DNA of 64,000 nucleotides from an uncultured Acidobacteriota bacterium (GTDB lineage: Bacteria > Acidobacteriota > Terriglobia > Acidiferrales > UBA7541): NCBI GenBank assembly GCA_963711875.1, contig CAVQFW010000006.1, positions 227,040-291,039 of the forward strand, in the 5' to 3' direction. Positions 57,015-64,000 of the stretch are shown one piece after another. Each line of letters starts with the position of its first letter. Positions within the stretch are counted from its first letter, which is position 1. Below the pieces are notes generated by a model. It ran no database searches. It saw only the letters and a list, made by a program, of their open reading frames with translations, and was not told where the DNA came from. A program made the translations under genes and the position numbers.

Positions 57015-57286
57015 GGTTTGGGGCTCTGCGCGGCTGTCGCGCCGTCCATCTCGCAGAGCGGATCGCCCACAGGTATATCTTCGGATTCGCGTGCGAGAAT
57101 CTTTACCACTACACCGTCGATTGGGGAATCCAATTCGTAATTCACCTTCTCGGTTTCGAGTTCGACAACGGGCTCGCCTCGCGTCACCCGGTCACCTTCG
57201 TGCTTGAGCCAGCGGACCAGCTTCACTTTTGTGGTGCCGATGCCACCGGCCTTGGGAACCCTGAGAATCGTGACGATGACTGCCAT
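57011..57286 (-). CDS. Stand-alone lipoyl-attachment domain protein (91 aa)
   Basis: GEPVVELETEKVNYELDSPIDGVVVKI matches E2 lipoyl domains (lipoyl-Lys in ETEKV). No acyltransferase catalytic domain follows. Confidence 0.8.
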   Translation of the reverse strand: MAVIVTILRVPKAGGIGTTKVKLVRWLKHEGDRVTRGEPVVELETEKVNYELDSPIDGVVVKILARESEDIPVGDPLCEMDGATAAQSPKP

Positions 57287-57342
57287 CCTTCGAGCGAGAT
57301 CCGGCGAGCTGAGCTACTTCCGATCTCATAATTTGCGATGCA

Positions 57343-58953
57343 TCATTTCGGTAACGAAAATAAAATTACCGTCGGCGTTCCGCCCTGATCCGCGCCGTTG
57401 AACTCAAAAAATTTGGACATGAATCCGGAAACCGCAGCGACATATTGCGTTCCTTGAATCTCGTAGGTAATCACGCCGCCGGCGACCGGTCCTCCTACAT
57501 TAAAGCGATACAGCACTTTTCCTGAACCCGCGTCAAACGCGAGCACGTCGCCGGAAGTTTCGCCGGTGAAAAGCAAGCCGCTCGAGGTCGCAGTCACGCC
57601 CGCGAGCATCGGTTTCCTGGCGTCGTAGCGCCAGCGCTCCTTTCCTGTCGACGCATCAAACGCGGTGAGGCGGCCGCGCGCTTTGTCCCACGAGTCGAGA
57701 GTGGGAACGCCTCCCATATAGAAGTCAGCGTCGTAGCGAGGCGGCTCTTTGTCTTTTTTGATTACGCTGCACATGTCATTCGCCGGTTCAAACAGCGTGT
57801 TCGTGGCGGGATTGTAAGCTGGCCCGCTCCATTCCGCGCCGCCCAGAGGGCCGGGACATACGCGAACCGCATCGCCGAGCGGCACGTCCACATTCTCGCG
57901 AGTTACAAACGGAACCGAATAGAGCAGTTCGTGGGTGTCGCGATCGAGAAGTTTGAGCAAGCCATCTTTCCCGGAGGCGGCAACGACATTGCGCATTTTT
58001 CCGTTTACGGTTGTGGCGAACACGGGACTGACCTGCGGCAGGTCCCAATCGTGGATGTCGTGCGGCACGGTCTGGAAGTACCACTTCATTTTCCCGCTGA
58101 GAACGTCGAGTGCAACGAGCGAACTGGTGTAGAGATTTGCCCCTGGCCGCACCTCGTCGTAGAAATCGGGTGCGGGATTTCCGACCGGCACATACACCTC
58201 GCCGCGTTCCAAATCGAAAGAGAACGGAGTCCACACGCTGCCGCCGCCGTGCGCCATTATTTCGGGGTCCTTGCCCCACGTTTCGGAACCGGGCTGACCG
58301 GGATCGGGAATCGTATTGAACTTCCACACCGGAGCGCCGTCAGCGAGGCGAAACGCGCCAACCCAGCCCTTGGCGGCCCACTCAGAGCCGGCCGTCCCGA
58401 TGACGACGAGATCCATGTAGACGAGCGGCGGCATGCTGAAAAAATATCCTTGCTTCGAGTCGGCTATCTGCCGGCTCCAGATCAATTCACCGGTCCGGGA
58501 GTTCAGGGCAAATAGATAACCGTCGGCTGTACCGCGGATGATTTTGCCGTCTTTTATTGCGGCGCCGCGATTTGGCGGGAAGACTTCTTTAGCGCGCGGT
58601 TTCCAGACGTGTTCCCATCGCAGGTGGCAGTCGGTCGCGTCGATGGCCACGGTGTAGTGAGTTGTTGTGAAATATAGGACGCCCTCGTAGACGAGAGGGC
58701 TTGTTTGCGACGGCACGCGCTCTTTGCTCTGGTACATGCATACGGGGCGGAGGGACGCCACGTTTGCAGGCGTGATCTGCTGCGCGTCCACGAATCGGGT
58801 TCCGGCGTAGTCGTGATTGGGATGGAGCCAGTTCGACTTGCTTTGCGCGGCCTCGTTGAGCTCTTTCTGCGCGGGGCCGGTCTGCGCGGATGCCGCGATC
58901 GAGAGCGATAGTTGGAAGATGGCCGCTGCGATGCCGAGATGTTTTGCTCTCAC
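57343..58953 (-). CDS. Periplasmic PQQ-dependent dehydrogenase (methanol/ethanol family beta-propeller)
   Basis: Signal peptide ending SIAASAQ. NWLHPNHDYAGTRFVDAQQITPANVASLRPV resembles quinoprotein ADH N-termini, and propeller repeats run throughout. Confidence 0.7.
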   Translation of the reverse strand: MRAKHLGIAAAIFQLSLSIAASAQTGPAQKELNEAAQSKSNWLHPNHDYAGTRFVDAQQITPANVASLRPVCMYQSKERVPSQTSPLVYEGVLYFTTTHYTVAIDATDCHLRWEHVWKPRAKEVFPPNRGAAIKDGKIIRGTADGYLFALNSRTGELIWSRQIADSKQGYFFSMPPLVYMDLVVIGTAGSEWAAKGWVGAFRLADGAPVWKFNTIPDPGQPGSETWGKDPEIMAHGGGSVWTPFSFDLERGEVYVPVGNPAPDFYDEVRPGANLYTSSLVALDVLSGKMKWYFQTVPHDIHDWDLPQVSPVFATTVNGKMRNVVAASGKDGLLKLLDRDTHELLYSVPFVTRENVDVPLGDAVRVCPGPLGGAEWSGPAYNPATNTLFEPANDMCSVIKKDKEPPRYDADFYMGGVPTLDSWDKARGRLTAFDASTGKERWRYDARKPMLAGVTATSSGLLFTGETSGDVLAFDAGSGKVLYRFNVGGPVAGGVITYEIQGTQYVAAVSGFMSKFFEFNGADQGGTPTVILFSLPK

Positions 58954-58997
58954 TCGAGTCCTCGAACGTCTTGCTGCAGTGCAACGCGAATATTCAA

Positions 58998-60254
58998 TCA
59001 GTTTGTTGCCTCAAGAATCGTCACCGCGCAAGCGGCCAGGTCATTCCCGATAATCCCGCCGCCATTTTCCGCCAGACCAATCCGCGCGTTGGGCACTTGT
59101 ATCTCGCCGCCTTCGCCGCGAAGTTGAATGGAAAGTTCGTTCAGCATCATAAGTCCGGTGGCCCCAATGGGGTGGCCTCGCGAGACGAGCCCTCCCGACG
59201 GATTGACGGGAATTTTTCCGTCGCGCGCTGTAGCGCCTGATGACGTGAACGGGCCGCCTTCGCCGCGCGCGCACAAGCCGAGATCCTCCACCAGATGAAT
59301 CTCCGCAAAAGAAGTTGCGTCGTGCAGCTCGACGAGATCGATATCGCCCGGTTCGAGCGCCGCCATCTTATAGGCATGGCGCGCGGCGCGTACCGGCGCG
59401 CGCTGGTCTTCCCATGTGGCTTGGAATTTGCCTCCGGAAATTGAATGCGCTCGAATCCGAATGGCGCGACGGCGCGTATGGGCAGGGAGGCCGCGAAGAT
59501 AGTCGCCGGAACAAAGAAACGCTGCGGCGGCTGCATCGCCGATGGGAGCGCACATCGCGCGAGTGAGCGGATCGCGCACCATGCGATCTTTGAGTACCGC
59601 ATCGGCGTCCATCGGGAAGCGATACTGAGCGCGAGGATTGCCGACAGAATTCGTGTGGTTCTTCGCGGCGGCGCAGGCAATCTGACGCGCCGTGGTTCCG
59701 TAACGCGCCATGTGCGTTTTCGCCCAGAGAGCGTAAATATCAATCGCGATCGACCGGTCGGGACTCGGGGCAAATTCCGCGCCGCACTCCGCTGCGGATT
59801 TGCGGTACAAATCCTGCCATTTTTGAGGGTCGAGCCAGTCCGTGCCTTTTTCGAGGCGGACGAAAAACTCCGCGCGGCGATCGGCCGTATACATTTTTTC
59901 GACGCCGATCGCGAGTGAGAGCTCCGTCTGGCCGGAGAGGATATCTTTCCAGGCGCCGTTGAAAGCCATGCTGGCGCTCGCACAAGCGGCTTCGACATTC
60001 GTCGTCGGCACACCCGCCGGCAGAAGCCCTTCTTCGATCAACGGCATCATGCAGACTTGTCCCTGCACATTGGGCTGACCCCAAAAATCGAGCATCATGT
60101 TGCTGAACCACACGTGGCCGACCGCGACGCCGTCGATTTGAGCGTCGTTGAGGGCGCCGAGATACGCTTCGCGGACGAGATTCTTCGGCGATTTTTCCGG
60201 GAAGCGTCCGGCGGGCGTGCTGAAGATTCCGATGATGTAGACGTCACTCGCCAT
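58998..60254 (-). CDS. Thiolase-superfamily protein, SCP-x/nonspecific lipid-transfer-type
   Basis: TNVEAACASASMAFNGAW (active-site Cys context) and NPSGGLVSRGHPIGATG. 418 aa. Confidence 0.8.
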   Translation of the reverse strand: MASDVYIIGIFSTPAGRFPEKSPKNLVREAYLGALNDAQIDGVAVGHVWFSNMMLDFWGQPNVQGQVCMMPLIEEGLLPAGVPTTNVEAACASASMAFNGAWKDILSGQTELSLAIGVEKMYTADRRAEFFVRLEKGTDWLDPQKWQDLYRKSAAECGAEFAPSPDRSIAIDIYALWAKTHMARYGTTARQIACAAAKNHTNSVGNPRAQYRFPMDADAVLKDRMVRDPLTRAMCAPIGDAAAAAFLCSGDYLRGLPAHTRRRAIRIRAHSISGGKFQATWEDQRAPVRAARHAYKMAALEPGDIDLVELHDATSFAEIHLVEDLGLCARGEGGPFTSSGATARDGKIPVNPSGGLVSRGHPIGATGLMMLNELSIQLRGEGGEIQVPNARIGLAENGGGIIGNDLAACAVTILEATN

Positions 60255-60299
60255 TTTGATTTTTAGCAGGCCGCATCGAGATCGAGTTGCTGGTTCGAG

Positions 60300-61868
60300 C
60301 TAATTCACGCTTCGCTCCGCGTTAGCCCAGTAGGGTTTTCGAAGCGATTTTTTGTCGGTCTTGCCCGCGGGCGTTTTGGGAATCTCCGCGCGGAGCTCCA
60401 CCGACTTCGGCGCTTTCACGCCGCCGAGCTTCGCCTTGCAGTGCGCGAGGATGAAGTCCTCCGGCACGACGTCGCCTTCGCGCAGCACGACGATGGCTTT
60501 CACCGCTTCGCCCCACTTTTCATCCGGCACGCCGATCACCGCGCATTCACGCACCTGCGGAAGCTCCATCACGGCCGCTTCTACTTCCGCGCAGTAGACG
60601 TTGAAGCCGCCGCTGATGATCATGTCCTTTTTTCTGTCGACGATGTAGAAGTAGCCGGCTTCGTCTCGGTAACCGATGTCTCCGGTGTGGTGCCAGCCAA
60701 ATTTGCGGATTTCGTTGGTCGCGTCGGGGAGTTTGTAGTAGCCGGGAGTGACGAGCGAGCCACGCGCAACGATTTCGCCGGGCTCGTTGGGAGGCAAAAT
60801 TTTTCCATCTTCATCCATGACGGCAAGCCGGACGGCTCCGCTGGCGCGGCCGCAACTTCGCAAGCGCTCGGGATGATCGCCGGCAGCAGCGGCGGCGAGA
60901 GTTTTTTGGTCGAGCCACGTCATCAGCATCGGTGCTTCCGTCTGTCCGTAACACTGGCACATGCACGGGCCGAATACTTCGACGCCTTTCTTCAATTTGT
61001 CGGGGGAGACGGGCGCGGCCGCGAGCAGGAAGACGCGCAGGCTCGAATAGTCGAATTTTCCGAGATCCGGATGCGCGAGCAAGGCGTAGAAAGCTGTGGG
61101 CGGTAGAAAAATATGAGTCACGCGGAAGCGGTCGATCGCTTTCAGAACTTCGAGGGCATCGAACTTCGGAAGCACGACGTTGGTTGCGCCCAGCGGGAAC
61201 ATTGCAAACGCGACGGTACCGGCGGCGTGCGAAAGCGGAGCGGTGCTTAGGCAGATGGGGTCAACGTCGTCGCAGCGCCAGTAGTGGCCGGCCAATTCGA
61301 CCATCGTTCCCCATGCGACGTTCGTAACCATCACGCCTTTTGCCGGGCCCGTGGTGCCGCCGGTGGGAACGAGGCCCATGAGCTCGTCCGGATTTCCGCG
61401 CGCGTCCGCCGAGTCCTGAGTGATGCTTGACGAGCCCAGGCGCATGAATTTCTCGAGCGACGCGTCCCCATCACAATCGGTATCGATGCAAACGAAATGG
61501 CGGAGGCTCGGGACCTGCCGCTTGATTTCATGGACGGTATCGCGGAACGAGCTATGGTAGAAGAGCCACGATGTTTCGACGTAATTCATGTACTCGATGT
61601 TGGCTTCCGGTGCGTTCCTGGCGTTGATCGGAACCCATACGGCGCCGGCTCGCAGCAGGCCCAGCATGCAAAAAAGAACGCGAGAATCATTCGGCGAGTA
61701 GATGGCGGCTCGATCTCCGGGCTGTAGGCCCTTGGCGCGCATCGCGGCCGCGATCCGCTCGCTGGCTTCTTTTAGCTGGCGATAGGAGTAGCGCGCGTCG
61801 CGGTCGATGACGGCGATTCGATCCGCGTACATCTCCGCGCCCTTGTCGAAATAATCTATCGCTCGCAT
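60300..61868 (-). CDS. AMP-binding acyl-CoA synthetase
   Basis: VPTGGTTGPAKGVM, YGQTEA, HTGDIGYRDEAGYFYIVDRKKDMIISGGFNV. Confidence 0.9.
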   Translation of the reverse strand: MRAIDYFDKGAEMYADRIAVIDRDARYSYRQLKEASERIAAAMRAKGLQPGDRAAIYSPNDSRVLFCMLGLLRAGAVWVPINARNAPEANIEYMNYVETSWLFYHSSFRDTVHEIKRQVPSLRHFVCIDTDCDGDASLEKFMRLGSSSITQDSADARGNPDELMGLVPTGGTTGPAKGVMVTNVAWGTMVELAGHYWRCDDVDPICLSTAPLSHAAGTVAFAMFPLGATNVVLPKFDALEVLKAIDRFRVTHIFLPPTAFYALLAHPDLGKFDYSSLRVFLLAAAPVSPDKLKKGVEVFGPCMCQCYGQTEAPMLMTWLDQKTLAAAAAGDHPERLRSCGRASGAVRLAVMDEDGKILPPNEPGEIVARGSLVTPGYYKLPDATNEIRKFGWHHTGDIGYRDEAGYFYIVDRKKDMIISGGFNVYCAEVEAAVMELPQVRECAVIGVPDEKWGEAVKAIVVLREGDVVPEDFILAHCKAKLGGVKAPKSVELRAEIPKTPAGKTDKKSLRKPYWANAERSVN

Positions 61869-61928
61869 TGGATCCGGTTCTCCCGCGCGATCGTGCCCGC
61901 TGTCTCGATCCTCTGCGGCAAATCGCGG

Positions 61929-63041
61929 CTAGGAATAAAACTTTGCCTTCACCAGTCCATAGGCTTCGAGGGCGTGGAGAAGTTCGCGATGTCCAAACGC
62001 GGCAGCGGGTGATGCGAATCCCACCTTTCGCGGCGCCGCGTGAGTCAGGTAATGAGCCGCGTAAGCCTGAATGAGTCCTGTCTGTCGGTAGCAGCACGCG
62101 CCAAAGATCGCGCACTGCGAGGAAGCCGTGTTGCCGCGTCCAGCGACGAAATCGATGGTGCGTTGTTCACGCGCGTTCTCGCGCGGCGGAGTGCCGGCTT
62201 GCACGGAGTTTGCCATTTCGGCGAGCTTCTTTTCTTGCTCCGCTTTGGGCAGGGGGCGAATGTGCTCTTCGTAATGTTTTTCCGTCGCGAGAACGTTGGC
62301 CATCAGCGCGCGATCGAGGATTCCGCCCAGGGTTCGGACGTTCGCAATTTGCGGATGATTTTTGAACCACACCGGGTGAGGAAATCCTCCCCAGGGCAGA
62401 GCAAGCTGCGTTTCTACCGAGCCCGGTACCGTGGCTTCGTGGCTGGTGGCGCGCTGCCAGGGTTTATAGCGATTCTGCTCGAGATAGAACGCTTCCGTTT
62501 GAATGACCGCGAAAATTGTCTGGGTCGAGCCGAACGTGGGAATGCCCTTGAACATGGAGACAATCTCGAGCGTGTCGATGCCACCTGCCTCGATACAGAA
62601 GTGCGCGGCAATGTCGCTCGTGGCGGACATGTAGGCGGTTGCGGGCGCGATCAGGAGCCCGCGCTCGGCGAATTTCGCGCCCCAATTGTCCGCGACATCG
62701 CGAATCCAGGCTTGCTCGCCGCTGATGTCGAGGTAGTGGCAGCCGGCTTTCAAACTGGCTTCCACCACCCGCGGGCCATGATAGAGAAAAGGGCCCACCG
62801 TGTTGCAGACGACTTTCGCGCCGGAAAACAATTTCACGAGATCGTCGGTCGTGTTCCCGATTTCAGCTACTTCGTAGTCCGCCGTCTCGATTCCCGGAAC
62901 GCGGTTCATTACTTCTTCGATCTTGGCGCGATTCCGGCCGGCAGCAATGAAGGGTACGTTGTACTCGCGAAGAAATTCGGCGACGAGACGGCCCGAGAAT
63001 CCGCTGGCTCCGTACAGAACTACAGGTTTCTTGCTGCTCAC
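61929..63041 (-). CDS. Saccharopine-dehydrogenase-like NAD(P)-binding oxidoreductase
   Basis: VVLYGASGFSGRLVAEFL Rossmann motif and CNTVGPFLYHG...HYLDISGE, typical of the family. Confidence 0.7.
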   Translation of the reverse strand: MSSKKPVVLYGASGFSGRLVAEFLREYNVPFIAAGRNRAKIEEVMNRVPGIETADYEVAEIGNTTDDLVKLFSGAKVVCNTVGPFLYHGPRVVEASLKAGCHYLDISGEQAWIRDVADNWGAKFAERGLLIAPATAYMSATSDIAAHFCIEAGGIDTLEIVSMFKGIPTFGSTQTIFAVIQTEAFYLEQNRYKPWQRATSHEATVPGSVETQLALPWGGFPHPVWFKNHPQIANVRTLGGILDRALMANVLATEKHYEEHIRPLPKAEQEKKLAEMANSVQAGTPPRENAREQRTIDFVAGRGNTASSQCAIFGACCYRQTGLIQAYAAHYLTHAAPRKVGFASPAAAFGHRELLHALEAYGLVKAKFYS

Positions 63042-63211
63042 GATCGTTCCTCCTCGTCACGCGGCGCCCCGTTTGAATTCCAGAAGGGGAGATTCGTTGT
63101 GTCGCGCTTCGCCGCGTCGGCTATGTGTGGCCTGTGCGAGGATATTAAGCTAAAGTCTCTTTTGCGCCAGTAGGCACCTTTTTGTAACCCAGTATCCGAG
63201 GAGAGACCGAG

Positions 63212-63538
63212 ATGGAAGATTCCACCTGCCCGGTTCGGGTGACCACTGAAATTATCGGCGGCAAATGGAAGCCGTTGATCTTGTATTACCTGCAAGACGG
63301 CACCTTGCGTTTTGGACAGCTGCAAAAACGGCTTCCCGGAACGACCAAGAAAATGCTCACCCAACGCCTTCGAGAACTCGAGCGCGACGAGATCATTCAT
63401 CGAAAGATTTACGCGCAAGTGCCGCCTCGGGTGGAATACTCGCTGACTCGCCACGGACAAAGTCTGAGGCCCATTCTCGTCCTGATGTCCGCCTGGGGAC
63501 GCAGACATCGGGCTCGCCATGGCGGAGCGCGAAATTAG
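63212..63538 (+). CDS. HxlR-family transcriptional regulator
   Basis: CPVRVTTEIIGGKWKPLILYYL...RFGQLQKRLPGTTKKMLTQRLRELERDEIIHRKIY...PPRVEYSLT. Confidence 0.9.
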   Translation: MEDSTCPVRVTTEIIGGKWKPLILYYLQDGTLRFGQLQKRLPGTTKKMLTQRLRELERDEIIHRKIYAQVPPRVEYSLTRHGQSLRPILVLMSAWGRRHRARHGGARN

Positions 63539-63544
63539 GGATTT

Positions 63545-64000
63545 TCATTTGAGGAGCAAGCACAGCTCTTGCGCCGCCGCGCGAAGATGCGGGAGGAATT
63601 TGGTTTGCATTTCTTGGACGGAGACGCGCTGCGCGTGGGCCCCGATGTTCAGAGCCGCCACGACTTTGCCGCTGGGGTTTTGAATCGGCACAGCCATCGA
63701 TCGCAGCCCGTGCTCGAGTTCCTGGTCGATAATCGAGTACCCCTCGCGTTGCACCTGCCGGAGAATCTGAGTGAGTTTCGTGGGACTGACGATTGTGCGC
63801 TCGGTATAGCGCTTGAATTGCACGCGCCCTAAGTACGATTCGAGCTCTTCCGGTGACACGTGAGCCAGAATCGCGCGGCCCATCGAGGTACAGAATGCGG
63901 GCAAGCGGCTGCCGACGCCGAGATCGATCGACATGATGCGCGTCACGTTGGCGCGCGCGATGTAGACGATGTCGTCGCCGTCGAGAGTCGCGATCGAGCA
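63545..64000 (-). CDS. IclR-family transcriptional regulator (C-terminal effector domain; 5' part beyond window edge)
   Basis: The frame is open to nt 64000 (SIATLDGDDIVYIARANVTRIMSIDLGVGSRLPAFCTSMGRAILA...). This is the IclR effector-domain signature. Confidence 0.85.
   Translation of the reverse strand, partial: CSIATLDGDDIVYIARANVTRIMSIDLGVGSRLPAFCTSMGRAILAHVSPEELESYLGRVQFKRYTERTIVSPTKLTQILRQVQREGYSIIDQELEHGLRSMAVPIQNPSGKVVAALNIGAHAQRVSVQEMQTKFLPHLRAAAQELCLLLK

Noticed and set aside
62040-63173. 377-aa plus-strand ORF
   Set aside because: Antisense to the saccharopine-DH-like gene. Arg/Gly-rich shadow ORF.
1-64000. Mobile elements, CRISPR arrays, tRNA/rRNA genes, a Ku gene, toxin-antitoxin or known defence-system genes
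   Set aside because: No transposase, integrase or recombinase ORFs and no regularly spaced repeats. The intergenic gaps are mostly under 350 bp and none showed cloverleaf-like tRNA features by eye. No Ku-like ORF flanks the LigD genes. A computational scan (tRNAscan, Infernal, defence-system HMMs) would be needed to exclude them formally.

Overview
GC-rich bacterial chromosomal window. Gene content suggests Acidobacteriota/Terriglobia: a giant CarboxypepD_reg-type TonB receptor, an S53 peptidase with Ig-like repeats, and PQQ-like propeller proteins (inference only). I support about 50 protein-coding genes. By eye I found no rRNA, tRNA, CRISPR array, transposase or integrase. Left third (1-25.8 kb) is envelope, stress and central metabolism: Ig-repeat/propeller protein, tandem USP plus P1B-type ATPase, cold-shock protein, AsmA-like protein, S53 sedolisin, aconitase, YggX divergent from zwf-glk, and an amino acid permease. 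Middle (26-34.6 kb): a LigD split into three genes (phosphoesterase, ligase, polymerase) with no Ku in the window, then an ECF sigma / anti-sigma / unknown protein / TPR-CHAT lipoprotein cluster. Right half (34.6-63 kb) is almost entirely minus-strand catabolic operons. (a) An ATP-dependent ketone-carboxylase-like set (two hydantoinase-A-type, one hydantoinase-B-type and one acetone-carboxylase-gamma-type subunit) with a feruloyl-CoA-synthase-like ligase and a thiolase. (b) A TonB-dependent receptor. (c) A 10-gene array: saccharopine-DH-like protein, acyl-CoA synthetase, SCPx-type thiolase, PQQ dehydrogenase, orphan lipoyl domain, E1 alpha/beta, a methyltransferase-like gene, MetE-like protein and MTHFR. 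Most notable observations: (1) a radical SAM gene whose TGA stop sits in the motif C-TGA-A-E-P with a downstream hairpin, so it is probably a selenocysteine-containing CUAEP-tail radical SAM protein, adjacent to an ATP-grasp gene; (2) the acetophenone-carboxylase-like subunit architecture coupled to a CoA ligase and thiolase; (3) the ECF/anti-sigma/unknown/CHAT cluster; (4) three apparent frameshifts (S53 peptidase, CHAT start region, methyltransferase) plus a decayed GNAT relic, which may be real lesions or assembly indels. All functional calls rest on motif and family recognition by eye; no searches were run.
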